From Octopus vulgaris (taxonomy: Eukaryota): DNA of 64,000 nucleotides. The notes beneath the pieces are model-generated. The model searched no databases and was not told the DNA's origin. It saw only the letters and a list, made by a program, of their open reading frames with translations. A program made the position numbers and the translations under genes. Shown here piece by piece: positions 11,810 through 24,804 of the stretch. The stretch covers positions 87,978,001 to 88,042,000 of the forward strand of contig OX597815.1 of assembly GCA_951406725.2 (NCBI GenBank), in the 5' to 3' direction. Position 1 is the stretch's first letter; every line of letters begins with the position of its first letter.

Positions 11810-12413
11810 TCATCATTGTTTAACGTCCGCTTTCCATGCTAGCATGGGTTGGACGGTTCAACTGGAGTCTGGGAAGCCCGAAGGCTGCACCAGGCCAGTC
11901 AGATCTGGCGGTGTTTCTACAGCTGGATGCCCTTCCTAACGCCAACCACTCCGTGAGTGTAGTGGGTGCTTTTTATGTGCCACCAACACAGGTGCCAGAC
12001 GAGGCTGGCAAACGACCACGCTCGGATGGTGTTTTTTACGTGCCACCGGCACGGAGGCCAGGCGAGGCTATACACACATATATATATAAATATATATATA
12101 TATGTGTGTGTAGCCTCGCCTGGCCTCCGTGCCGGTGGCACGTAAAAACACCATCCGAGCGTGGTCGTTTGCCAGCCTCGTCTGGCACCTGTGTTGGTGG
12201 CACATAAAAAGCACCCACTACACTCACGGAGTGGTTGGCGTTAGGAAGGGCATCCAGCTGTAGAAACACCGCCAGATCTGACTGGCCTGGTGCAGCCTTC
12301 GGGCTTCCCAGACTCCAGTTGAACCGTCCAACCCATGCTAGCATGGAAAGTGGACGTTAAACAATGATGATGATATATATATATATATACTGAAGGAGAG
12401 AGAGATCAGTAAT
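11749..12413. repeat. About 665-bp near-perfect palindrome centred on a (TA)n tract
   Basis: Arms of about 330 bp contain unique flank (attactgatctctctctccttcag), (TA)n and a truncated RTE-related 3' repeat. About 3 differences besides microsatellite length. Centre at about 12090. Confidence 0.9.
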
Positions 12414-13024
12414 ATTATTTATATATATATTCATATATATATATTTATTTGTTTATTCTTTTATATATATATATATATGAAAATATATGGTGTAAATAAA
12501 CAACGATAGTAGAAACCGTACCACGTATACTGAGTGTACAACCAGACGGGAGACAGGCACAGAAGGTCCCCGATTCTTCATCAGTTATCAACCAGATGGT
12601 ATTACTCAGTTTTGCACCTTCAATGATAAGACAAAGAACTTCCCATGCTGGTGGTGCATGTGAAAGTTGCGGAGAATATTGGGCCGAGAGCAAACAAAAC
12701 GATACAGAGTGGACCTACGAAAGTGAATAAATGTAATTTAAGACAATGGACAATGATGAAACAAACAAGAAGTGAGCAAAATATAGCCTTATATACATAT
12801 ATATACATATGTCTGCATATATGTATGATGTATATCTATATACACACATACACATGCATACACTCACATGTAAGATTCATATTTGCTTTACAATGACAAT
12901 CTGATCATGCTAAAACTATAGCTGTTTACAACGCATATGAATAAAATTACATCTAATCCCATAACTAAAGTCACATGGGACAGAAATAACTTAAGAACCT
13001 GTAGAGTCCCAGAGAAGTATTTTA

Positions 13025-14060
13025 CAGAATCATCAGCATATAGTAGTTCCCATGGCTTTCTCCAGATCAACAAGTGCCAAGCACAATGACTTGTTTTTAG
13101 CTAAATATTTCTCTTGAAGTTGCCTGACTATGAAAATAGCATCTGTGGTGCCTCTCTCTCTGGGACAAAGCCAAACGGCATTTCATCTAGTCTAATTCTG
13201 TTCCTAATTAATTGTGTCATAACTCTTTCTCTCTCTGCAACTTTCATCACCTAGTCCAGTAATTTGATGTCTCTATAGTTACTTCTGTCTAAGGTATCTC
13301 CCTGTCCTTCATAGCAAATGAATATGATGCTGCTACACAAGTCCCTAGGGAATAACCTAATTAACTATATGGTTAACTAGACTATATCCAACTCTATCAG
13401 ATACCTTAAGCATCTCAGCAGTGACTGCTAATGGCCCAGGGGCTTTCCCTGTCTTCATATCTTTAATTGCCTTATTTATCATGCGGCTGTCAACTAGGAT
13501 AACTGGTCCCTCTATTGGTTTCACATGGGGAAAACTTCCTTTCACCAATTCATTCTCCACATTTTAAAGCTTTTCAAAGTAGCTCTTTCATATCTCTTTC
13601 TTTTTAGGATCACTAAGAGCAAGCATACCATTATCTGTCCATACACACTTCTCTCCCACAACATCTCACTTCTCTCTAATACACTATCTGGCAATCCAGA
13701 ACACCTCAAGTGTCTGATCTTCCCACTGTAAGACATTGGCAAACCTCTTCCCTTCTGCTTCTGCCCTAGCTAGCTAAACCTGATGCTTAGCTTCTCTTTT
13801 AGCTATCTGATATGGTTTTTTGCAACCCCCACTCTTCCACTCTTTCCAAGCCTGTCTCTTCTCTTTTGTAGCCCAGTCGAGCTCACTGCTTCACTACCAT
13901 GTTACCTTTGTTTGATAGTAGCTTTGTTCCAACCACAGATTTAGTCTGTCACCCTCAGTAGATTGTCCCATAATGTCATTAGTTAGTATCTCTTCCTCCT
14001 TCTTATCAAAGGCTTCATTAAGGACATCCCTAAATCTCTGCTCATTTGAAGGATCCTTGA
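13025..14060 (-). mobile_element. Decayed RTE-clade LINE fragment (RT region, internally deleted)
   Basis: KAIKDMKTGKAPGP...AEMLK and PWELLYADD motifs; homologous to the 47.7-50.5 kb copy. Confidence 0.8.
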
Positions 14061-14765
14061 GTTTCCATAACCTCCATCATACCTCTTGCCCACAACACAC
14101 AGCTACATGCCTTCGCTCAAGCATTTCAACAATCTCACCAGACCTATCTTTCATTGTTCCAACGTTGATTGTGGCAGCCTTGAGCTTGTGGACATGGAAA
14201 GCTGGGAGAGAAGTTAGGGGATGTTTTCAGTATCTGGAAAGAAGATCTTTGCAGATGCTTGCCTGGGAGCAGCAGGTCTTTTGGCTTAGTGTAAGCAGGT
14301 TCATGTGCATGAAATACAATAACAATTTTCATTTCCTTCAGTCCTGTAAAGCTGTGGTGAGTGAGCAACTGCTATAGCAGTGGGGTAGAAACAGGTAAGA
14401 TTGATGAAGGAAGGCAATACAGAAGTAATTGCATGCACCATGATATTATATACTTCTAAATAACCATCAGTATCACAGTATAGACACATATACATAAACA
14501 TAAATGTATACACACAAGTGTGTACATGAACAATGCATTACAAGTAGAAACATGCGTGTAGGACCCACAGGCTATGTATATGCATTACATCTGCCTATGT
14601 AACTACACATTCATAAAACAATTCACAGGTTGTAATATTATATAGTGACATCTATATATAGACATATAAAGATTTATAAATAAGGATAATACCGATATTT
14701 AAATATCAATATTATCAAGTGGCCAGCATGGGAAAAAATACCATACAAAGGTAATAATTTTTTAC

Positions 14766-14811
14766 AACTAAAAATAAGGGTGGTGTCTCTCAGACACCCT
14801 TATTTTTAGTT
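14766..14811. repeat. Short hairpin/palindrome with 20-bp arms
   Basis: aactaaaaataaggg(tgg)tgtct-ctc-agacacccttatttttagtt. Confidence 0.8.
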
Positions 14812-14841
14812 ATAGACATATAAAGAGATAGATAACATACA

Positions 14842-14872
<31 letters not shown>

Positions 14873-15356
14873 GGATAATTATGTGTATAGATACAAGCTC
14901 ATAGTTCTCCTATGAACATGCTCATACATGAGCAGCACAATGTGCACATGTGCTTGAACCCCCTTCACAAAGGTAGTGCTGAGGGATAAAGTAAAGTTCC
15001 TTCCCAAGTCATATAGCCTCATAAGGGCCAGTTTCCCGGTTTCCATGGCATATATGTTACCCACCTGAACAGGATGCCAGCCAGTTACAGGATTACTCAT
15101 TTTTGCCATCTGAGTGGACTGGAGCAATGTGAAATGAAGTGCTTTGCTCAAGAACACAATATATCACCCAGTCCAAGAGTTGAAACGTCAGTTTTACAAT
15201 CATGAGTCCAACACACTAACCACTAAACCATGCACCTCCACCGGTGCTGAGGAGTGGGTGGGATTGATAACGACTCAATTCAGATTGCACAAATTGACAA
15301 TCCTCTATGGTTTTATATATATGTATATATATCATCATCATCATCGTTTAACATCG

Positions 15357-15397
<41 letters not shown>

Positions 15398-16304
15398 TAT
15401 ATAATTTTATATAGGATGTTTTTCTTCTGCTAAATATAGTTTTAAAAGCTAAACCCAAAAATTTTGAAAAGAATTCTTCTGTTTACTAAAATATTTAAGT
15501 AAAAATAATGTGTGAGTGTGTGTAATGAAACAACCGGACTTGAAAAATGAGATGTATTGCTTATTTCATTCTATTTTCAAGTAGATATAGTTGTCATCTT
15601 CAATTTCCTGAAGAACAAGGATGTACATACATACACACATACATACATACATACATACATACATACATACATACATACATACATGCATACATGCATACAT
15701 ACATACATTTGCACACACACATACATATATACACACACGTGTTTGTATGTGTGTGTGTGTGTGTTTGTTTTGCATGTGTGCAGCTGGTTAAGTTGATAAG
15801 CTGTTGAACAGCCAAGAGACACAATGTTTTGTCCATGACAAAATACTCAACTCCCACTACAAATATGTACCATGGAGAAGTACCCATAATTTTGAAGAAT
15901 TGCTATAATCATATAATCAACAAGTGTCTCATTGGCTAGTAAATAACAGGGTCCAGATCCTACTATCATTCTAGCTTGGAGAAGGATGGGCCCCCGCCAT
16001 CAAGCTAACATTGGCATTGATTCACTACTTGTAAAGGAAATCCTCAATTGTATCTCACTGGACAATGTATAACAAAAGTAAGAGTGACCTGACACAGAAG
16101 ATTTGCAATGGACCAATCAGATAGGATGCCAGTTAAATAGGAAAACAGCTGGAAATTTGGCTGTTGGTATCTCATTACTGAGTACTGCTCACATAACTGG
16201 GATGGGGCTGCTACTAATCCTGCACTACACACACAGGCAAGCCAGCTGATTGGTAAAAGTTTACTGAGTAACACACTACAACCTCAAGCTCATAAACTCA
16301 CTGC

Positions 16305-16387
<83 letters not shown>

Positions 16388-16523
16388 CTGTCCCTACTTC
16401 AATGGCCTCTGTTCCTCTGAAATATTTTGTTACTTACTTACTTACTTACCTACTTACTCTATCCAGGCTCAATCACATGTCTCCAACTAATTATTAGTTA
16501 ATTATAGTTTAAAAATAACTTAC

Positions 16524-16607
16524 CTTGATTAATGTGTTTATGTCCTCTTTAGTGAGATTCCGATCAACATTGAAACCATGCTTTGGGTTGAGAACAACAG
16601 CTTTCAC
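16524..16607 (-). CDS. CFAP206: CFAP206 second coding exon (84 nt)
   Basis: Acceptor ttaattacag| and donor AAG|GTAAGT. Translates VKAVVLNPKHGFNVDRNLTKEDINTLIK, versus recalled vertebrate VKAVVLDPSNGFNMDRTLMKSDVQNLVK. In frame with the previous exon; absent from the ORF track because it is short. Confidence 0.95.
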
Positions 16608-16649
16608 CTGTAATTAAACATCACATCACTTTCAACATGATTGTCAACA

Positions 16650-16694
<45 letters not shown>

Positions 16695-17022
16695 TCATCA
16701 TCATCATCATCATCATCACATCCACCACTACCACCATTAACATTATCATCCATTTTTATTTGCATATTCAATTTTCATCACTATTATTGTCATTGTATTT
16801 GTTTTACCCATACTGGCACGGGTAGGATAGGTTTGTAATACATTACATTCCCAAGTATTTCGGCCACATGACAACATCTCAGCTGTGAGGTTTGATACTG
16901 TCAATTATGACTGAATTGTTTACTAATGAAATAAACATTAACAGCCAAAGAAAACTGTCACAGTGTGTGTGTGTGCATACGTGTATGTGTGTGTGTGTGT
17001 GTGCGTGTGTGTGTGCGTGCAT

Positions 17023-17053
<31 letters not shown>

Positions 17054-18439
17054 CCAGCAATTCTAGACTTACAAACAGTTAAAAAATGGAATAAATTAGT
17101 TTGTTGTTACGAAGCGGGGAGTTCTAAAGTTTTGGGAAGTATTCTTTGATGAAGAGATATTATTTCTGATAGTAAAACCAAGATATTACATAAAATGCAC
17201 TCGTATAGGTCCTGGTACCACATAAGAAGCACTGGTGATGGAGCCACGTAAAAAAGCATCCAGTACCCTCTGTGGAGTGGCTGGCATGAGGAAGGGTATC
17301 CAGTCATAGAAATCAAACCAAAAACAGACTATGGAACCTAGTGTGGGCCTTGGCCTTTCCAGTCCCTATCAAGCAGTCCAACATGTGGTAGCATAGAAAA
17401 CAGATGTTAAATGTTGATGATGATGATGATGAGTACCAAATGAATAGACTGTGAATGAGAGTTTTAGCACAAATAAAGACAAATAGCGCAGGGCTAGAGT
17501 ACTAATATCAGTGGAGGTGACAGGGCTGTCTTAGCAACATTATAGGCCTCCATGCAAATCATTACCCTGTGTCCTATGATATTTATTGATAGCAATACAT
17601 ACATGAAAATTGGACCCCTAGTCCCTTGAGGGTCTTTGGGCACACACACATACCACGCCTATTGCTAAGGGTACTTGATGGCGCTGCCCTCTCACTATTC
17701 AATGGTGCACCCTAAGATTTAGAGAATACAGGTTACATATATCTTCCTGCAATACATTTTAGAAGTCTGACCAACATGCCGTCGCTAAGACGTGCACTGG
17801 ATGGCACTGCTCCCTCACTGTTCAATGGTGTACTCTCAAATTTACAGTGGCACACTTATTTCGAAATCCTACTTTAGCATTATTACAAATGACTGCCCAC
17901 CCAGAATATTCTGAGGCACCGCCAAGTACCAAAGTCTGTTGATGGACCTGACATATGCATGCGCACACACACACACACACATACACACACACATACACAA
18001 ATATGGACAGAAAAAGGACTAATTGAGTAAGGTGTTAGCCTTTCAAATGCAGAGTTATTAGTCCATATCACACTTCCAGTAATATGCTGCATTTCTGGTC
18101 AGGTGCTGAAAGAGTCTTTGTAAATCATTCAATAGATATCACAGATGGTAATGAAAAAGAGATAGCAAGGCAGTAAGAGGTGACTAGTTTGGTGTGAACT
18201 ATAATAATTCAGTGACAAGTAAATTTCCATGAAGTTAAAATAGCCATGTGGTTTATTCACTGAACTACCTACTGAGAGGTTGAGTTTAAAAGTGCTTTAG
18301 GTAAACTACATTTTTCTGGATAAGAAACACTTTATTTTAAATTGCATGAGTTCACCTAGCTTTTGGGAATACATACCAGACATTCTGGGCACAAGTGAAT
18401 AGGTTGAGCATTCACTTACTCACCCCTCTTCTCATTTAA

Positions 18440-19469
18440 CTCTTTAGCTTTCAGATTATTCTATCAAATCATCATCATCATCGTTTAACGTCTGTTTTCC
18501 ATGCTAGCATGGGTTGGACGGTTCGACCGGGGTCTGGGAATCCCGGAGGCTGCATCAGGCACCAGTCTGATCTGGCAGTGTTTCTACAGCTGGATGCCCT
18601 TCCTAACGCCAACCACTCCAAGAGTGTAGTGGGTGCTTACTACGTGCCACCGGCACAGGTGCCAGGGAAGGCTGGCAGCGACCATGATCAGCTGGTGCTT
18701 TTTACGTGCCACCAGCATGGAAGCCAGTCAAGGTGGCACTGGCATCGGCCACATTCGGATGGTGCTTTTTATGTGCCACCGGCACAGGTATCACAACTAC
18801 AATTTCCATTTGATTTTTATTTTGATATTGATGTCCTTGACTCAATAGATCTCCTCAAGCACAGCAGGTTGCCCTATGATCCAAGGTCAGCACAGCAGGC
18901 CGTTCTGTGATCCAAGGTACTTTGGATGGACTAGGGCTGCTATGTGAAACTAGTGCAGGAAACAGCCATGAACTCATGTTATTTGTCGGGTCTTCACAGT
19001 CACAGCGTATCTCCAGAGATCTCAGTCTTTCATCATTGCCTCTGTGAGGCCCAATGTTCAAATACTTATCTATTCACATTGCTTTTAATTAATCATGCAT
19101 GATCTCCTAACTTTGAGACTTCAATGATGTGATTGTTTATGTTCAGAATAATATTGTAGGCTAGGTGTGAGAGACCAGATCTGGCTGGTGTGAACATAAA
19201 AGAGGTAGAATACTTGGGCCTGATATGGCCTAATTAGATGCTAAAGGGTTAACACTTTAGCATTCAGATCATTCTGTCAAATGTAACATAATCATTCACA
19301 TTGATTTGAATTAATTACAGATTATCTTGTGGCTTTGATATTTCAGTGATGTGAATATTTGTTTTGATTGACATTGTAGGGTAGGTGTGAGAGGCAAGAT
19401 CTGGCCAGTTTGAACATAAAACAGATAGAAACTTTGGAGCTGGATATGGCCATTTTAAATGCTGAAGGG
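18440..19469. mobile_element. Two tandem piggyBac-like MITEs sharing a TTAA; the first is interrupted by an RTE-related repeat (about 18470-19060)
   Basis: TTAA at 18436, 19249 and 19470. Termini (c)ctttagcattc / gatgctaaaggg. The two units (18440-19248 and 19253-19469) are homologous. Confidence 0.75.
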
Positions 19470-21620
19470 TTAAAATAAGCAAGATCAATGCCAATAGGTT
19501 TGATCATTCACTTATGTATATCCTTACTCCTTTAAAATAAGCAAGATAAATAACAACTTATGTTGCATTGTTAGATTACTACCAAATAGAGTAAGAATAA
19601 AAATCCCCTTCAGTCATGAATGACCATAGGATTGCACCTAAAAAGTTCCCCGCTAAGGCACAAGTCTGAGCAAGGTTGTTTATGAAAGACCAGCAGTCGC
19701 CCATGTACACCAGCCTCTCCTCTCCACACTGCTGATGTTAACCAAGGAAAAGGCAAAGGTTGATACAGCTTAGCACCAGTGATGTCGCAACTCATTTCTA
19801 CAGTCAAGTCAACTGAAGCAACATGAAATAAAGTGTCTTGCTCAAGAGTACAACACACAGCGCAGTCCTGGAATCAAACTCACTACCTCATGATAGAAAG
19901 CCCAATGTTCTAACCACTGAGCCATGTGCCTTCACACTACCAAATACTATGTCTTCATTTAGTGACTCAAAAAGACAGTCAGGTTGGCAGAGCTGACTCT
20001 TCTCCAGACTAATGACTATGGCCAGATATTCTATTATAACCCACCAATCTTATAAGTACCGACAATTTAAGACAATTCAACCGTGCCAAACTGGTGTATC
20101 GAGCTCCTGGATAAATAAGATTAAAATAAACAAAAGCAACAATAACAGGCAGCACAAAAACATGATAATTGAAGACCATCTACACGGCGGGTGAGGGAAC
20201 AAATCATCACTAACATCATTATCATAATCAACACTATCAGCAATGTCAATGAACCATTAGTGTCACTGTCACCAACATTTGCACCACAATGATGATAATG
20301 ATGATGATGTTCATTATCATCATCATCAGCAGCGGTAGCAGCACCCCCACCACTACTACAACAAGCACAATCACCTCTACCATAACTACAATTACTACCA
20401 CCGCTGCCGCCACCACCACCACAACTCATCGCTACCATTACTTCAACCATCATGCCGTTGTCATTATCCTCATCATCAGCAATATCATCAGAACCAACCG
20501 TAATTATATAATTGCCAAACTAACTGAAAATTAATTAAGGTAATTAGCAAATCTATCTCAGTGTAGGCCTAGTCCTTTTAGAATTATTTTTTCTCACAGA
20601 AAAATGAATGTGTTATCATTTTGTAGAGTTGTTGTTGTTGTTGTTGTTAGTGGTGGTGGTGGTGGTGGTGGCGGTGGTAGTAGTAGTAGAGTTGTTCATG
20701 TCATTAGTTACGGTTGTCAATGATGTTGAAGATACCAAATGTACAGGCATGGTTGTGCGGTAAGCGGTTTTCCCAGTCACATGGTTCTGGGTTCAGTACC
20801 CATTGTGTGACACCTTAGGCAAGTATGTATCTTCTATTAGCCTCAGGCTGACCAAAATCTTGTGAGCAGATTGATGTGTTTATGTCCCTGTAACTTAGCA
20901 GTTCAGCAAAAGAGACTGATAGAATAAGTACAAGGGTCAATTTGTTTGCCTAAAATTCTTCAATGTGGCATCCCAGCATGACCACAGTCAAATGACTGAA
21001 ACAAGTAAAAGAATTGGCCATCTATAAATATTTTTGCTAAGAGTGTGCATACATATGCATGCATGCATGCTCACACGCATGCATGCTCGTACGCATGCAT
21101 GTACATGCACGCACACATGCGCATGCACGCACACACACACACACACACACACACTAACACATACACATTGAAAAGAAAGAAGCAGTTACAGAAACCATAA
21201 CCAAATCCCTGTCTGTTGTGTTTGCTTTGCAGTTTTTCTTACTAATTATGCATACAAAACGGAACAGGACCTGCAGATCTCTTTTTTTTTCTTCTTTGTG
21301 TGTGTTTGTGTGTCAGTGTGTGTATGTGTATGCATGAGTGTGTTTGCGTGTCAGTGTGTGTATGTGTATGCATGTGTGTGTATGCGTGTGCATGTGAGGG
21401 GGTTTTTTCAATTTATTTTGGTAGCTGGAGGTAACAGCTAATTGAGGTTAATGGAGTTCACATCCAATTTAGGTCAAGCGTTAGTTATTAAGGAGCAAAT
21501 GTGTAGAATGAGGAGAGTTTCAGATGATGAATGACTTGCTCTGAAGAAAGAGATTAGATAAGAGCAGAAGTAAGGCAGATGAAGATGTACTGAAGGGAAA
21601 AATATGGGGAAAAATGAAAG

Positions 21621-21987
21621 TGTAAGAATTAACACTTCCTTCTCCAAGCCTAGATTCGAAACCGAATCCAAGAATTCTCAGTCGTCCAAACCATGACAAT
21701 CAATAGGCACGAAAAAAGGTTTTCTTTGTCCTTTCAAAAATTGATTGATCATCTCCCTTTGACCTGCGACCTCATCATGTCAGGCGAAGTTCAACTGGTA
21801 CAAACTCTGCCGCAGTATGTCTGTCTTTCTAGCTGCCACTGTTTGTTATAAATACAGAGACAGACAACACTGAGCAGACAGACGGCAGCAGACAGTTGTG
21901 CTTGTTGATCGTCGTGGTTTGAACGACCGAGAATTCTTGGATTCGGTTTCGAATCTAGGCTTGGAGAAGGAAGTGTTAATTCTTACA
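21621..21987. mobile_element. MITE with about 90-bp TIRs and TGT...ACA ends (Ginger-like), inserted in an old CR1-like remnant
   Basis: tgtaagaattaacacttccttctccaagcctagattcgaaaccgaatccaagaattctc is perfectly inverted at the right end. Flanks are aaag/taag (imperfect 4-bp TSD). Confidence 0.75.
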
Positions 21988-22289
21988 TAAGCATCAAATA
22001 CATTTGAGTGGGAGTGATTTAGAAACAAGTGTGCTCAGAGAAGCAACAGATGTTGTAGTAGCTATAGAATAAAGAGGAAGAGGACACATTTTAACAATGT
22101 GCCAATGGCTGAAGGTAAGGATGTTAGAGACTGAAAAGCTTGTATGCTTGGTTCATCACAGAAGCCAAAATAAAAATGAGATATCAATGTCTGGGTTAAA
22201 ACATCTACTGCAAACATATTGTCTTTGAGCAAGACACTTGACCTGGCAACAAATTATCTAGGAATGATAATTTATAGATATTGCATTCT

Positions 22290-22950
22290 ATCATCATGAT
22301 CATGATGATGATCATCACTGTCTGATGTCTGTTTTCCATGATGGCATGGACTGAACAGTTTGACAGGAGCTAACCAGCCAAGGAGCTGTCCAGACCCCAA
22401 TTGTCTGCTGTAGCATGGTTTCTACAGTAGGATGCCCTTCCTAATGCCAACCATTTTACAGTGTGCTTTTTATGTGCGACTAGCACAGGTGTGTTTAGGC
22501 AGCGCTGGCACAAGTGCATTTTACGTGGCAGCAGCATCTGTAACAAACAAGCCTGTATGTATGAATGGGCAACAGTGATTTTACATAGCTTTATGCATCT
22601 TCTCAAGTACAACAAATTACCATACTCCAAGTTCCTCATCATTTCCTCAGTGAGGCCCAGCATCCAATGATTCCTTCTCACCACTTTGTCCTACATGTTC
22701 CCTCCACAATTAGAGCTTGGCACTTCTTTATGCTGCTGTCCTTATCCATACACATCATATGACCAGGCCACCAAATCAGTGCAATCTTCTCTCTTGCACA
22801 CAACATCTAATGCCTCTTAAACACAATTTTTCTCTTAAATCATTAATACTCTGTCATACATGTACACAAACATTACCCATCCAGCAGAGAAGGCTAGCTT
22901 AATTTCCTTCAAGCTTCTGTAGTCAAATCCCATGTTTCATTGCCATGTAG
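22290..22950 (-). mobile_element. Decayed RTE 3' fragment with (GAT)n tail
   Basis: Similar to the RTE 3' ends at 25684-26150 and 34758-35843. Confidence 0.65.
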
Positions 22951-23057
22951 ATACATACCATGTAGGATTATCTCATTTAATGTCAATGAAAGCTCACAGC
23001 CAAGTGGTTAGAGTGTTGGCCTTATATATATATATGTAAGTATGTATGCAAGTATAC

Positions 23058-23115
<58 letters not shown>

Positions 23116-23216
23116 TAATAATAATAATAATAATGATTCTGATAAAATCAGTTACTTGAAAAGATATCTTCCAGGTAAGGCTGGATAAACCTGTGATCAC
23201 AGCCTATGGTTGATAA

Positions 23217-23557
23217 TACAGTTCTGTATTTAAGAGATGAGGAATTATGTACATTATTTACATTATTTACATTTGACGGATATTTGTCCTCATCTTGGGC
23301 ATATGGCATAGTGGTTAAGAGTGCGGGCTACTAACCCCAAGATTCCGAGTTCGATGAGTAATGATAATAATAACATCAAAAAATACCTTAGGAATGTACA
23401 TAATTCCTCATCTCTTAAATATAGAACCGTATGAGAACCCAGGTTTGAAATTTCCCCAAGACCTGATGAAGGCTGGCGGGTATATCAGCCAAAATGTTGT
23501 GTCAACAACAAACAAGATGAGGACAAATATCTGTCAAATGTAAATAATGTAAATAAT
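23217..23557 (+). mobile_element. Second copy of the tRNA-headed hammerhead element, preceded by an inverted copy of its 3' end
   Basis: 23217-23297 is the reverse complement of the element 3' end. tRNA-like head gggcatatggcatagtggttaagagtgcgggctactaacccc...gagttcgat from about 23297. Degenerate hammerhead at 23459-23503 (CTGATGA, GGCTG/CAGCC, AAAA in place of GAAA). Confidence 0.7.
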
Positions 23558-24324
23558 ATGGTTAATAAATATCAAATAGGATATTCCAGTTGTGTACACA
23601 GAGAAAAACCGACCCTATGAATTTTCAGTGCCTTGGAGCGGGTCTAAAGCACTCCAGGGTGTCCAACATGTTCTGAAACCCTATGGTATATGATAATCAA
23701 ATGAATAATAACAGAAAGTGAATAATTGTCAGTTATGCATTTTTTTTTAATAGAAGAATCAGACCATTACTTCATTCCAAAAAACTGTAATCATCAGAAG
23801 AAATATAATTTCAAAAACAAAAGAATATCTCAAGAACACAGCAGGGAAGCTGCTGAAGTCTGTCAAAGCTTACCATAAAATCATGATTTCATGGTAATCA
23901 TGATTTCATGGTAGGCCTCAACAAACTTCAGCTACATTGCTACTGTATTCTTTTCAACTCTAGGCACAAGGCCCAAAATTTTAGAGGAGAGGACCAGTGG
24001 ATTAGATCGACCTCCGTACACAACTGGTACTTAATTTATCGACCCCAAATGGATGAAAGGCAAAGTTGAGATTGGCAGAATTTGAACTAAGAACGTAAAG
24101 ACAGATGAAATACCACTAAGCATTTCGCCTAGCATGCTAATGTTTTTGCCTTCACATCCCTGCTGTATTCTTAGGATATTCTTTTGTTTTTGAAATTATG
24201 CTTCATCTGATGATTATGGTTTTTTGCAATGAAGTAACGTTCTCATTCTCTTATTAAAAATGATACGTAAGAAACAGCTGTAAAGAGCTGACAATTATCC
24301 ATCGTATGTTATTACTCACTTGAT

Positions 24325-24366
<42 letters not shown>

Positions 24367-24804
24367 ATATACATATACATATTGTTTATCATTTAAAATT
24401 GACTGTCATTCATTGCAGCCATTATAACATACTGACTGGCAGTTCTTTATAGGGTATTTCAACGAACAAAGCATTTTTCTCCCCCATTCATAATAGACTC
24501 ATGGATGATGTTAAGTGTGTAGAAAATACACACATGCGCACATGCACACACATATTTATATATATATATATATATATATATCATCATCATCAGCATTGTT
24601 TAACGTCCGCTTTCCATGCTAGCATGAGTTGGATGAATATATATATATATATATGCACACATATTTAGAGAGAGAGAAAGAGAAATGTGTCGAGGGAGAA
24701 AGATGACACAATTTTTTATATACGCATACAAGAAGTGTATAGCACTACCTGAAAAGGGAAAGAAGAAAAATATGAAAATTTATTAAACAGCTGTTACTAC
24801 TTAC

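Noticed and set aside
11836-12344. Paired ORFs starting MLAWVGRFNW on both strands (also 35372-35809)
   Set aside because: Antisense readings of a repeat's 3' UTR, duplicated by the palindrome.
12480-12790. CTGATGA on the minus strand at about 12578-12584 as a possible hammerhead
   Set aside because: No GAAA box or cleavage triplet follows the putative stem II.
23297-23356. tRNA gene (anticodon-like ACT)
   Set aside because: Acceptor stem is incomplete and the sequence is the head of a repeated element; the same applies to the other SINE heads.
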